Shown: positions 12,001 through 24,773, numbered from the stretch's first letter. The stretch: DNA of 64,000 nt from Adineta vaga (GCA_021613535.1 CP075496.1:13020001-13084000); one strand, 5' to 3'. Numbers and translations are program-made. Notes: a model not told the origin generated them from the letters alone.

Positions 12001-14068
12001 GTCGTCACGATTGAATGGACCAATACTTCGTGCTCGATCATTGGGAAATGAAACTTTATGTTTTTTGAAATTATTTAAATATGTATTGGATGCTCGTTTT
12101 ACATGTGTAATATCATGACTACTATTTAGAACGGCTGCACGTGGATGAAATGGTTTTAATGTATCTTGTGTTGTATTAACATTAATTCCAACTTCATTAG
12201 CAATCAAGGGTTTTAATCCTAGAAAAGATTTTAAAATAGAAATAGTATTCAATTTGATCTCTCTTTTCTTTTTCTACCCATGTTGAATTTTTCTGGTGGA
12301 ATTTCTGTAATCAATGATGCGTGTCCAGTTAAAAAACATTGAGCTTGATGAATTGCTTGTGATTGTGTATAAACGGGAGCAGCAGAATGAATTGCTGAGC
12401 CTACGACTTCACATACAAGTGTTTTCTTAATATCACCTAATGAAAGAAATGAATAAAGATTAAAAATAGAAACAAATGAACAAACCCATCTGATGAGGAA
12501 TGAATGCTACTGTAATTTTTAATTTTTCTCTTGGTTTCAATCTTCCACTTGCTGGATAAGTAGCAAAATTTGCAATGGACGGAAAACGAAAATCAATTGG
12601 TTTATAATCCGATTGATTATATATATGAATAATTTGTTCATATTTTTGTCCAATATATGTTGTAGGATATTGTAATTGATGAGGTTCAAGTGATAAAATG
12701 ACTGGAAGAGCTGTTCCAGCAACAGCGATTTCAAGTTTTGTTTTACTATGTTCAATCTTTGATAGACCAGGACTTGCACCTAATAATTCAAAGTACATAA
12801 AAGCAGCAATATCACGTCTTGGTGGTAAATCAAGTGTTGTAGCAAATGCTTGTTTGGGTGGATAAGCTCTGAAAAAAGAAGATTTGATCCATAAGAAATC
12901 TGAACAGGAAATCTTACCTTGGACTAAAACGAAAGAATAAAGGACGTTTTTCGAATGGATTGAGAATGCCTTGATTCGGAAAGACAGTGATCATTGAATT
13001 TAATGGATTCATTGTAAATTCTATATTAGTTGTTTCTTTTTCATTATAGTCCTAAATGTAAAAAAAACCAATGAAAACATTATTGCGAAGATTCTTATTT
13101 GAATTTATACAGATGGTTTTGAATCATCGATTAATGCTGAATAAGCAACGGGTTCAGGTGAATCATTGTAGAGAACAGCTAATGCTGTTAAATCGCAACC
13201 ATAATAACAAGAACCAAAATTAAGTTTTTGTAATTCTTCATCACTTTCAGGATGAAGTAAACATAAACGACGGTTCATTATTTTTCCTTTCAATTTTATC
13301 TCATGTGTCTTATGACATGCTTTTAATCTACAAGTAATAAATCGAAAAAAATCCTTTCTTTCTTTTTTCAATCAATTAGAGGTACGAATAAGTTAACATA
13401 CGTAGCAATATCATCGATTAACATTAATGATGATGTTAAGAGAGAAACTTCAACTGATTGAGATGAATTCGGTTGAACAACTGCTGATTGGGGTGTAAAT
13501 GCAATGGGATGTTCACCTTTATATTCCATTTCGTATGTTGCTGGTGTACAACCAGTATTTCTAACAGTAATTTTCTTGAAAACAGTTTTATTATCAGCAA
13601 CATGTATACCAAAATCAACGATTTCTAAATTAAATTTATCTTTATAATCAATATTTGTCAACAAAACAAAACATCGATACCATCAACAGAAATTTCTGAG
13701 CGTGCTGGAAATGCATAGAGAGGAATTTTAATTTCTTGTCCATCGATATCGACAACAATTGTATCATGTTGTTCTTGATTGATTTTAACGATATATTCAA
13801 TAACACCGGTAACTTCTAGACCAGGTGGAACCGGTTGATCAGGATTATCCACAATCAATTGAAAATCCTTCAAGAATAAAAACGGACATTTTTCTTTGAA
13901 AAACGTGTCTTCAATTACTTTATTCGATGGTCGAAATATTTGAATACGTTTACTTTTTGTGCCGACATTTTTCACGTGAATTGTTCGTCGATAAAGATTA
14001 TTCTGTATCGTATGAGAAAATCTAATTTCATTCGGTTCAATAACAACTGAAAGATCTTTATAACGCAT
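1..14068 (-). CDS. CFAP47: Cilia- and flagella-associated protein 47 (multi-exon; ASH/MSP-like Ig repeats plus calponin-homology domain); 3' end beyond the left edge of the window
   Basis: Dozens of short GT-AG introns join the minus-strand ORF fragments. N-terminus MRYKDLSVVIEPNEIRF...RRTIHVKN...PPGLEVTGVIEY...IPLYAF resembles the CFAP47 N-terminus. Repeated 'DFG/NFG...I.N' ASH-type units. CH domain in ERILLTWLN...NFDIDLVDSIVLG..LGAYCPFL...QNALIL...LYEHLP (~4850-5420). Confidence 0.9.
8566..8805 (-). CDS. Secreted antistasin-like (hirustasin/guamerin-type) protease-inhibitor peptide, 79 aa, nested in a CFAP47 intron
   Basis: Signal peptide MRTQIIAIIASFLLCATFLVSA; motif CMPTLCFAPCHCGSQLDVRGCDTCSC matches antistasin C-x4-C-x3-C-x10-C-x2-C-x-C with the D.xGC signature; TATA and Inr upstream; AATAAA downstream (minus strand, ~8524-8529). 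Confidence 0.8.
   Translation of the reverse strand: MRTQIIAIIASFLLCATFLVSAKPAASAEEQSRIISFPIKFPNPLCMPTLCFAPCHCGSQLDVRGCDTCSCLSCDGQWW
8831..8866 (-). promoter_or_regulatory. TATA box (TATAAATA, 8866-8859) plus initiator (TCATTC, 8836-8831) for the antistasin-like gene
   Basis: Canonical ~32 nt spacing between the first T of TATA and the Inr A, ~30 nt before the ATG at 8805. Confidence 0.65.
9084..9098. promoter_or_regulatory. RFX X-box-like imperfect palindrome CTTGCTATAGGCAAC
   Basis: Perfect GGCAAC half-site and near match to GTTGCY-N-RGCAAC; sits at the midpoint of the 560 bp spacer between the two nested peptide genes. Confidence 0.4.
9366..9638 (+). CDS. Secreted cationic 6-Cys knottin-like prepropeptide, 90 aa, nested antisense in a CFAP47 intron
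   Basis: Hydrophobic signal peptide, acidic propeptide ending in KR, mature 49 aa with C-x2-C-x6-CC-x4-C-x9-C and C-terminal Gly; AATAAA at ~9712-9723. Confidence 0.8.
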   Translation: MQPIRILTLFVLLTLLLTSILSDMNINDLDLTNEYRTISKRGIFNHKHHHQDPMVQGGCVRCKFSLMRCCAPNICVKRRFRTDKCLRVKG

Positions 14069-14689
14069 TTTTTCTTCAAAATGATACAGTGTTTTTCTTT
14101 TTGTGATTGAATTTTGGTCGATAGGAACAATTAACCATGTTGAAAAACCAATGTTAAGCAACGTCCTCTATCATTTCTACTGTAGATGTCTTCAACACAT
14201 CAATGCACTTTATATAATCAATTAGGAAAACTGCGTTACATTCTATGTCCACACATGTTGTGTTTATATGATCATGTGTTCGATTGCAGAACTATATATA
14301 TGCACTTAGATAAAAGTTCATGGTTATGTTTGCGCGTGCTGAGATCTAATTGAACAATACTAGAATCGTTTTTTTTTGTCTTATGATGTTTATCGATAGG
14401 TCAACGAATCACGTGCAATACTTCGATCGCTCTATATATATAAATATGTACATAGTAAAACAACATCACATGGCTGTAAAGATTACAAGATGAGTCAGCG
14501 TACGACGAAGAGATTTTTTTCTTCGTCTTTGACGTTTCTAACGGAGACATGAGATGTTCGTTTTCTTTTTTGTCTTCTAATGATTGGCATCCGTAGTTCG
14601 ATAAATATCGATTATTAAACGTTTAATCAACATTTTTTTTTCTTCAGATTTTTCTACATTTAACTAAACAAAGAAAGTATTAGTGAATC

Positions 14690-15445
14690 ATGAACAAATC
14701 AATGCAACGTTACACATCAGGCAGGATAAATATAATAAAACAAAAAAAAAAATAAATAAATATTGAATTTATTGTTTTCTCTTTAGATTCTTGGATTGAT
14801 ATTCAATCTGAAGAAAAACAAACTCCAACACCCGAAACAATTATGAGTTCATTTGCTGATCGAGATCTTTCGTCCAGTATGCATATCAATGAAAATTTAT
14901 TATTAGAGGCACAAAAAGAATCATCACGTGTTGGCTCAAAAAGTTCACAAAGTGATAGGTATTGAATTGACAATGATTTTTATCTATTTAAATAAATAAA
15001 TAAATTTTTATAGTTCATCACCAAAAAGTCCGAAAAGTCCGATTCAAACTGATCAAAACGTCGCGAATTGGATGTTATATTGGTCATCACGTATCGAATC
15101 TGAACCACCAAAGTAAAATTTTATTCGAGGTCTCGTTTTTTCCTGAAATTGATTTATTTAGAGAATGGAAATTCGTTCATCCAATCAATCGAAGTGTCCG
15201 CGATCAATTACTCTACGAAGATGAAGAAGAACGAGCAGCTGAAGAAGCAGCTAAAGCATTAGTTGAAAAAAAACGTATGCGTTATGTTCTTTTAAGTAAT
15301 TGTGCCAGTTTTCTTCTTGGCATGGGAATGTAAGTTTGTTATTTTGAATTTAACAAAACATATCTGACTTTCTTTTTTTAGAATGTACTTATGTTTACGT
15401 CGTTATCTTCGTATGAAAACACCTTATTTTTATGCATTAGATTAA
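14690..15445 (+). CDS. BNIP3: BNIP3/NIX-like mitophagy receptor (5 exons; absent from the ORF track)
   Basis: Spliced translation gives LIR SWIDI, ENLLLEAQKESSRVGSKSSQSDS (cf. EKILLDAQHESGRSSSKSS), WMLYWSSRIESEPPKEWKFVHP and a C-terminal TM anchor VLLSNCASFLLGMGIMYLCLRR. Confidence 0.88.
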
Positions 15446-16824
15446 TCAATTCATTCAATCACTACATTTTTATTTTGTACATACAAACATTTCTTTTACT
15501 CGCATATTTACAAGAAAAAAACATTCTTCTTCTTCTTCTTTTTTGCTTTTAAGTTTCTCTTTTATTTGCAAACAACAACAGCACTTCTGTACATACATAT
15601 AGATATCTACATAAAGAGTCATAACTCCTCTTTTAACACACATATATATATATATATACACCTACATTTACTGATGTTCAGAAGAACATTCCTTATTTTA
15701 TTTCGTTGATTATTATCACAATTGTTTGTTTTTTTTTCTTCTGTTATTTACTTCTTCTTGTTGTTGTTGTTGTTGTTTTGTTCATCAACGAGTTCGCATT
15801 TTATGTTTTGTGAATATTTCATGATATCGTGTTGGGTAACAATCGAACTAGACGTAGACGAACGGCTTGAAAAAAAAAGACAAAATTATTATTCATATAA
15901 GTGTACTATAATCGATTGTAAATATTAATGTTTGTTTTTCTCATATATAAAAAAAAGAACGAATGCATGAAAATATAACAAACAGGCATAGATGTGTTTT
16001 TTCTTTCGTCATTTTTTTTTCTTGTTCATATTTTGACATTACAAATAAAAATTTCATTCATTATTGAAATGAACGGTTCTGTTGTTAATCGTTGGGGGGA
16101 CCTTGTTCGGACCCATTTTGCATGTTTAATAGGCACAAATCGTTTCTTTCAATGAATTATTTGACAAGAATTTACATTGATAGTGAACAGATGTTTATTG
16201 AAGCAACATATTTCATATGAATTAAAGAATTCTATTGAGATATTGTAATTGAATAGATTATATTTTATGGTTTATTACATTACACGAAATAAATCAGGCA
16301 TAAGAAATTTTTGAGAGAAACAATCTGACTGAGTAAGTTATCCTCATTAGACGATTAATTATTTCATAATACATATGTCATACATCGTTATTATCTCTTC
16401 TTTTCTTGTTTGTCTATTCGTATAATCAAGGTAGAACATTCGTTAATACATGACACGTATAGGTGAGTCGATTTATATGTCTAAAATATTGATCCATTAA
16501 ATGTCTCGATTAGACATGTCAAATGTCAATGGATGACCCTTGTTTTTTTAAGTATTCTAATAGAATAAATGCTTGAGGTGTCTGATTTAAGTACGATAGT
16601 TTTTATCGAATGTCATACATTTTATTTACTTTCGTCAATCATTTATGTTGAATATAGACAGTCTTGAATATACTACTATATTCGTTTAGCTTTCAATTTT
16701 GATTGTTTGAATTTATATACAAAAATATATGTTTTCGGATTCACACGCTGTGAAACTGAATTTTTATTAATATTTCAGAAGTAAATGACAACGAATGTAT
16801 GTTTTTTTTCAAAAGTATAAATTT

Positions 16825-17237
16825 TTAAAAATAACGAAATTGTTGCGAAGGATAAGTATAGTATGGATTAGTTTGGGGAGCAGCAAAATTGTTTGTGCCA
16901 TAGAATTGACCATTGTTGGCATAACCCATCGATGAATGACCATATACTCCTGGATATCCGCGAGCAACATCAGGAGCACGACCGAGAATACCATCACCGT
17001 TAATATCTCTTCCTGTAGCGCGTTCAAGTCTACTTAGATATCCTAAAATAAAAGAAAAAATTCATTTAAAACATTATCATAGCGAGAAAATCTATCGACA
17101 CTAACCTTCTCCACCGATATAGCCATCTCCATTGAGATCAATTCCATATCTTCTTTCAAGCATGTTCATTTGTCGTGCTAGAAATATCAAGATAAAACTA
17201 TTTCATTTCATCGAATATCAATAAACTTACCCTGCAT
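16825..17237 (-). CDS. 98-aa protein with two LExxxGxD(L/I)NGDGx(I/L)G repeats and a Gly/Tyr/Asn/Gln-rich tail (3 exons)
   Basis: Exons 17237-17231, 17177-17106 and 17042-16825 splice in frame via GT-AG: MQARQMNMLERRYGIDLNGDGYIGGEGYLSRLERATGRDINGDGILGRAPDVARGYPGVYG...YYTYPSQQFRYF*. TATAAAA at 17310-17304. Confidence 0.8.
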
Positions 17238-18295
17238 TGTTTTTGCTTGTCTAGTGATGGTATTAGAATGTAATGTATTCAAATATTCAGTTTTTACTTC
17301 TGATTTTATACTTCTTCGTTAGTATGACACGTCAGAAAAAATCCCTATATGCAGTCACGCATGATTTGCTTTTTTTCGCAATATTTTCTCGTCAATATTG
17401 ACGATAATGAATGCTTTGATTTCATCAGAGAGGAAGTAAATGGAAAACAAATGTTCTGCTCAAATAACATATTTCGATAGTAATCATGAAAAGAGCAAAG
17501 GTTAATACGTCTCCATTAATGATCATTTTTTTTTATGATTTCTTCGTTTCTCTGCATCCTTTTTTCACATAGATGCACTCAAATGACGAATCACTTTGCT
17601 ACCAGAGACACATTCTGATATATTACTGTAGGAATGTTAATTAAAAACAAAATGAAAGACGAAATAGATTCATATTTACATTGAGAATAATTTTGCTGAT
17701 TGTTTTACAATCTATTTCAAATTGTTTCAAAACACAATATCAAACGTGATTTTCGTATGATCATGAATCGACAATACATTTGAAAGTCATAGATAAGAAC
17801 GCGAAAATTTTGATCACAATTTGATTTTATTGTCAACACGAAATGGATTATTCAATTACTATATAAATATAAATCCTATGATGTTATTCTTGATAATCAT
17901 CGACGTCCTATTGAGAATAAGTATCGTTTTTCATAGTCAACACAACATATCATCGTTACGCGAATAATTTCCTTTTCTCTTCTACAAAAAGGAAGAAAAA
18001 CATTAACATAAGCTGATTTTTTTCCAACATTTGATAATAAAAAGAACGATCATAACAATGAATAAATTTCCCACAATTTTAGTCATACTTTCCTGACTCA
18101 TGAATAATTGTCCTAAAAAACTTCTCTTTTCTTTTAAAAATACAAATAAAAGTTATTCCTGTATACATTTATTATACATTTAACTTAGGCAAAAAAACGG
18201 AAAAACTAAATTGTTTAAAATTAAATTAAAATTAGTTTTAAAATAATCATTAAAAATTAACTTCGTTTTTTTCTTCTTCTTCTTCTTTTGGATTC

Positions 18296-19684
18296 TTATT
18301 GAGTTGTTATGGTGAATACTTCGACTTCATTACAAGCAAAATATTTCTTTGCAAATATTGAACTTCCATGATTGGTTGTATCGATATAACTTTTCGGAAA
18401 GAAGATACAATTGTTTTTTTCATTAAATTTATTTCTTAAACATAAATCACTGCCAACATTCTTTGGTGAACCGAAATTAGGACCACATGTTGGATTTTGA
18501 CTTATCGCACATTGTTGAAATTCTTTCGCGACGGGAAATTTCGTCGGTGGAACAACTAAATTATTTTTTAACGTAAATAGAAATGCAGTTGAATCAGAAT
18601 GATCAGCACGCATTTCTGCTGAACTCCATGGAATGGATGTAAAACCGCCGAAAATATTACCAAAATCTGTTTGAATAATTGAAATTGTTGGTGCATACGA
18701 ATCACAACAACGATGAAAATCAGCAGCTTCAAAACCATGATCACTCCCCCGATAAATTAATCGCCATGGTTGTTCTGTCGAAAATTCTGGACCGATAAAT
18801 TCTAGAAGTTTTTCTTCATATTCAGTTGTTAATAAAGTACTTCCAGGAAAGATATTTAATCGATTTTCTACTATGGATTTTGATCGCCATGATGATGCTG
18901 TTTGAGCTGGATGAGGTTTTGCTTTTGTTGGTACAGATTGATTGAATGGTGACAAACGTATTAATGTAGATGGTGTTGTTGGAGAAAAAGGTGATGAATG
19001 AGTTCGATGAACTCCTATTGCAGGACTACATGGTGGTGATTGATTAGTCGGTTGAAATACAACAGATGATTCATCTTTACATAAAAGAGAATTTAATTCA
19101 TCTTCGAGCTTTTGTATTTTATAATATTTCGCTTCGATTAATAATTCTTTTCGAATCGATTTCTCTTCAATATTAAGTTCATCAGTTCGAAGATATTTAA
19201 GAACATAATCAAATAGATCACCATCACGATCAATAAATATTCGATTATCTGCTGTATTCGTTTTTTGATCCCATTCTTGAGCAAGAAGTGTTTTAAAATA
19301 CAATGAATTACTTTTTTGAACTAATGTTTTCATTTTTGTCGTAAATTGACGTCCACCTACATCGAGATAAATACATTTATCTGCATTAAAATCTGATTGT
19401 TTGTCGAAATCATTGAAATCTTTTCGATATTGTTCTAATTCTTGTTCAAGTTTTTCTTGTTTCAATTGCATAGCAGAAAAAACATTACTTAACTGTTCCG
19501 TATAATTAAAAACTTGATTATATTGCTGAGAAATTAAAATAAAATTTTGTTTTATTGATGGAATTAATCTATGAAGATTATTAAATATATCCGATTCCTT
19601 TTCCGAATCAAGTTCATTTCGATTAGGATTTAGTTTATTATGATTTATTGTAGCCGTTGTAATACCGTTAGATGTTGACATCAT
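18296..19684 (-). CDS. Intronless coiled-coil + BTB (KCTD/T1-type) + TLDc domain protein, 462 aa
   Basis: BTB_2 motifs IYLDVGGRQFTT..TL and IFIDRDGDLFDYVLKYLRT; TLDc motifs WRLIYRGSDHGF.A.DFH..CD, GNIFGGFT, AFLFTL, GPNFG, F.CNEVEVF. Confidence 0.9.
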   Translation of the reverse strand: MMSTSNGITTATINHNKLNPNRNELDSEKESDIFNNLHRLIPSIKQNFILISQQYNQVFNYTEQLSNVFSAMQLKQEKLEQELEQYRKDFNDFDKQSDFNADKCIYLDVGGRQFTTKMKTLVQKSNSLYFKTLLAQEWDQKTNTADNRIFIDRDGDLFDYVLKYLRTDELNIEEKSIRKELLIEAKYYKIQKLEDELNSLLCKDESSVVFQPTNQSPPCSPAIGVHRTHSSPFSPTTPSTLIRLSPFNQSVPTKAKPHPAQTASSWRSKSIVENRLNIFPGSTLLTTEYEEKLLEFIGPEFSTEQPWRLIYRGSDHGFEAADFHRCCDSYAPTISIIQTDFGNIFGGFTSIPWSSAEMRADHSDSTAFLFTLKNNLVVPPTKFPVAKEFQQCAISQNPTCGPNFGSPKNVGSDLCLRNKFNEKNNCIFFPKSYIDTTNHGSSIFAKKYFACNEVEVFTITTQ

Positions 19685-20184
19685 TTAATGTTGTTATGAT
19701 GATAAGTAATAAGAACGAAAAAAAAGAAAAAAGAAATTACTTTAACCAGCGTTTTTATATGCAGTCGATTTATGATTTCTTCTTCTTCTTCTTCTTTTTT
19801 CTTGAGCATAAGATGGTTTTTTTTTATCGTAAAAAGTTATTTTGTCGGTTCTGTCATTTTTCTTTTTTTTTATTTGTCTTACACTTCGATTTTTTTTCTT
19901 AGAAATCTATCGACGGAGACGGTACATGTTTTGTTTCAATGTAACACATGGCTCGTGAGATTTTATTTTCTTCTTTCTTTTGATCGAGATTTTATCGGAA
20001 TGAAAAACATCAATGAAATTATGTTGAAAAAGAAACAGAATGACTCGTTTTGCTTGCTCTTATTCGATGATGGAAGAAAAAAAGGAATAAATTGTTTTTC
20101 ATAGCAATTGCCTTTGATATATTGAAATAAATCGAGTTAGATTTATAAATGCAACAAAAAAACATTGAAATACAAAAGAACAAG

Positions 20185-21225
20185 TTAGACAAGTGTTTCT
20201 AAATGATGTTGATTCGTCGTCGAACTATTATTGTCGTCCGATGATAACGAACCTATACATGAATCTGTCGTACTATGATCAGACAATTCATCATCGGATG
20301 TATAAGCACTGTGTTGTCGTTGTTTTAATGATGTTAAACGTGTGATATTACGATCGACACTTGTTGTTCGAGAAGTTGTCGTTGAATAGTTTGGTGAAAC
20401 TTTTTTTAAAATACTTTTCATTTCTGTTGCTATTGGTGATGATGAATTGTTTACTGCTGAGGTATGGAAACGAACACGTGATAGAGAACGAGTTGATGGA
20501 CGATTGATAGCCTGATGATATTCATCTTGACGAGATTGTCGTCGACAAATTGGAATTATATCTGATGAACTTCTAGAAAAGAAAAACAACAAATAACAAT
20601 TATTAATCAATATTCAAATCTTTGTGTATGAAAAACAAACCTGCTATCATCACTATCTGTTTGTTGATCATCAGTCCGTGTAACCCAGTCAAAATAAGTC
20701 GCATAATTTGATGAAGATGAATAATTATTTGATAAAGTTGTTTTTCGTAATTGTGTGATAATTTCATGTTGCTTACGAATCAATGATTCTTGAATTCTTA
20801 ACTGTTCATATGCATTTGTTATTTTTGGTTGTTGTACTGGTGTTCGAAGAAGTTTCTTACGTTGAGCAAAACGTGATGGTGATGAATTACGTTTGAAGGA
20901 TAATTTGAAATTTATATCTGATGATGCATAACGTAAAAGAACATCTTGAATGAAGTCTGCAGGTTTTAATGGATATAGATATGGTGGACTTTCAACATAA
21001 AGGCAACAATCATTTATAGAAAAGTATTGTTTTTCCAACGAATCATCGAGTAAAGCATCAATAATATTAGCAACTGTAGTTATACGATTGAAATTTGTTA
21101 TACATTTATGAATACCACGATATGAAACTTGAATACATTCAAATCGACGATGATGACAAGCTATACAAATAAAAAGATTTAGTTTCATAAATAAATAATG
21201 CTTCGAATGAATTATTACCTTGCAT
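20185..21225 (-). CDS. N-terminal Ras-association/ubiquitin-like domain protein (N-RASSF7-10-like), with short coiled coil and C-terminal PDZ-binding ETLV
   Basis: Three exons (ATGCAAG|GT at 21225). IQVSYRGIHKCITNFNRITTVANIIDALL..CCLY....PLKP.DFI.DVL...FKL follows the RA-domain pattern; ends HLETLV*. Confidence 0.6.
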
Positions 21226-22070
21226 GATTCTCTATTTCACAATATCAATAGATTACAACATTGATTCATTCTGTTTATATATCCATATCTTCTTGAGCAT
21301 TCGTCTCTGTCTCTCTGTCTCTCTCTTTCTCTCCTTGTCTTTTGTTTATAAGCCAATCTATTCGTCGTCTTACGTTTTCTTTCTAATTGATTACCGAATC
21401 AAATATGTATGTATATACACGCGGCTCAGTAGGGCATCTTCGTCGTCTCTCGATAGTCAATTAAGATAGATAGAGAAATGCCGGAAGCAAGACAAAATTT
21501 CACTTCGATATCACACGTTAACAAGTTTATTCGATTAGTGTTTATTGTCTACAAATGATTAGAGATAATCCGGTGATAGACGAGCCGTTTTAGTTCTAAA
21601 TGGATTAGCAATCATCGCACTTCCATGTTAGTTTACTAGAAGACGAAAATCTTCTATTCCAGATTCAAGATAGTAGTTAACATCTGGAATAGTAACGAAA
21701 ACGAGTCGAACAAATGAACATCAAAGAGAATTGAAACTGATTTCATCTAAAGACATTAATGAATGAGAGATGATCGTCTAATGAGTGGTCTATTAATTGA
21801 GAAGAAGAAGAAGAAAATGTTTGTTAGCTGTTTGTTTTTCAATTACACAAATGTATTTTTGATCGTGTGATCAATTAAAAGATGCGAAAGAGTGAAATTC
21901 TTTACAATTAGCAGTTGGAATCCAATGAAGATATTAGAAAAATTCATCACTAGATTACCCAGATAAGTTGAATACAATTTTTTGGGTGATAATTGACAAG
22001 AAAAGAATCATTTTTTCTTAATTTGTTTTTTTGCTAGAAAATAGACCATTTTAATCATTTTATATGTGTA

Positions 22071-24773
22071 TTAAGGAATGAAAACCTTTTTTTTTTAGAT
22101 GATGATCCACGTTTGGAAGGGGATTTAGGGTTATTCGGTTTTCTTTTACTAGGCGTTGCTGATTTCAACGATCCTTTCGATTTGCTAGGAGATTGTTTTG
22201 CTGAAGGTTGTTCACTGTAAGATAGAGAAAGATAGAATTGTTTGAATTTTTCAATATTAATTTACGGTGAAGCTGGTGCTCTGCCGTTCATCCATATATT
22301 CGTACGAAAATCATAATATGACTAAAGAGAATCATAATATTCGATCAGAAAGGTCATATTTTCTTACTTCTGATATTGAATCATTTGAATCGTTTTGATC
22401 GTGAACAGCTCGTTTCGTGATTTCAAGATATGGATCTTATGAAAAGCATTTAGGTTATTGTGAGAGAGTTATATCTTAAAAGTTTTTGTTTACCATGAAA
22501 TGACAATGCATGGAATTTCGATAACGTTGGTGTTTGTGACACTTTAATCCATTTTGGTTTGTCTAATGTCCATTTTAAAATATCCTTTTTATTGTAAAAG
22601 AAAAAGAAAACATTGAAAAAGTCATCATAGATGAATGCGAGTTCTTACATTGGAAATTTGCATTTTTTTATTACCATTTCCATCGTGACCTTCGACTAGA
22701 CCTGATATACAAAAAATAGCATGATTCGTGGCGAAAACTAGACTACGACAACGTGGCTTTGGAAGATCACTAAATTTCTCAAATCTAAACATCTCATAGA
22801 AACAGAATTAAATAAACATATATAATATACTGTCGTGTTGCTAGATTATAAACTGTATAATCAGGTAATAGAAATGTTTGGTTTTGTAGAATATCATAAC
22901 CACCTCTAATTAAAATTGAAGAGTGGATATCCGCAAAAATCTTTTGTATAGATCTTAACTTACACCAGATAGATTCGTTGTTGATCAAGAGTCATCCCAC
23001 TATGCAGCAGAGAATAGGAAATAATTTATCTTTAACAAAAAACAAGATCTAAATCTAACCAAGCCGCAATTGGATTCATTAATGTGGCTACATGCTTCCA
23101 TTTCAATGTATTTAGATTCAAACATTGAATATCATCTAATAATCTACAAAGTTAAACATGAAAATTAACATACGATTTTCTTGAAATAAAAGATTTACTC
23201 ATTCTGAATTGTTTGACCACCCGCAATATAGATCGCTTCTCCATCCGTACAAATTCCTATGATCATTAAATGCAAACAAAAGAAATCATATTTTCTGAGA
23301 TAATTTACCGAAATGAACTCGACATGGATGTAACGGTGGAATTTTTACAAGTTCTCCAGTAAATTTAACTAAATAATCTGTGGTCGGTTTTCTTTGAACG
23401 GGAACATCAACATATAAATTGTATCCACCTAAAATAATTGTAATTGGTAAAATTGCAAAGAAAAATATTCTTTACCAATGACAAAAATGCCGACACTTTC
23501 ATGAACCAAAGCATATTTTTTTCTTGGTTCCATACTTTTTAATCGTTTGATAACTTGAGTATCTTCTTTATCAATGACGATTGCGTCTTTTTTAATATGT
23601 GGGCCAGTAATCTAATTGACAAGATTTCGTACGTTTACTATTTTACAATTTCTTACACTTATTCCCGGATCAAATATAGGTGAATCAGAAGCAGCATCTC
23701 TTATCAGACCATTTTGTCGTTTAAAATTATTAACATATTCTTCAAAAACATCCAAACAATGAGATCGTGATTGAATATATTTTGTTAAATGATCATCGGA
23801 ATCTACGGGACTACAGATAAGAAACAATGAATGGATTCCAATAATACGATATACAAAGGTAGATACCAATTCAATCGTATTCGATAACGATGATCTTTTG
23901 CTACATTATCTGAAAAGAATGATAATATTGTATAGCATCAATGGAATCTTTACGACTACTTTGATTAGCAAACATGTCTCGTGTAAATGCATTAATATCA
24001 TCCAAATCCTGAACGAAAGAAAAAAATCATGTAGTGTTTTAGCAATTGAACCTGAATTTGATTTTTACAAAGATTTGTACGTTCGTCATTGGACTTGGTT
24101 CACCAGCACTTGCCGACTGAGTGGATAATGTTTTTCGAACTGATTTTGTTGTATTCGATTGTACATCAGATTTCGATTCTAATGCTGGTAATTTTTGTAT
24201 TGTATTTATTGATGTAGAAGAAGAAGGATGTAAAGATATTTTTGGTACTGATGATGCTACTTTTGGACTTTGGATATTTTTTTTCAATTGTTGTTTTTGA
24301 ACATTGCCACTACTAGAATCGAGTGGATGAGAATGAATATTACTGTTTCGATGATTTTTAATACCTATAAGTTGCTTTACGTGCTTTAGCAACATCAGGA
24401 ACTTTAATTTTGATAACACCATCACGACCTTTTCGTTTCGTCTAGATTAGAAAAATTGAAAGTGAAGTTATACGATTTTTTATTGTTTATAAAAACAAAC
24501 TTTATTTTGAACCAATTGACTTTTGTTTGATACTGAGGGTGATGATGATTTTAATTTTTTATTAAGTACCTTTGCATTAACCGTTTTTTTACTACTCGAA
24601 TTTCTCTCCAAGGAACTTCTTCTCCTAACATCAAATATTTGTTTTAAATTTCGATTCAATTTATCATCATCTAATTTATATGGTAACAATCTTTCAAAAT
24701 TATAATGTTCAAAAATTGATTTATATTCCTCTAATTTATTCGATACTTGATGATCGATGGTTATGGATGGCAT
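22071..24773 (-). CDS. Kelch-repeat protein with long basic/Ser-rich disordered N-terminus (multi-exon)
   Basis: Spliced Kelch motifs IFVIGGYN, RVHFGICTDGEAIYIAGGQ..IQCLNLNTLKWKHVATL, ILIRGGY..VYNL, LPKPRCR.SLV..IFCISG; stop after ...KKKRFFIP at 22071. Confidence 0.7.

Noticed and set aside
16809-17027. 72-aa hydrophobic ORF in the ORF track
   Set aside because: Alternative frame of exon 3 of the DxNxDG-repeat gene, which has proper splice sites and an internal repeat.
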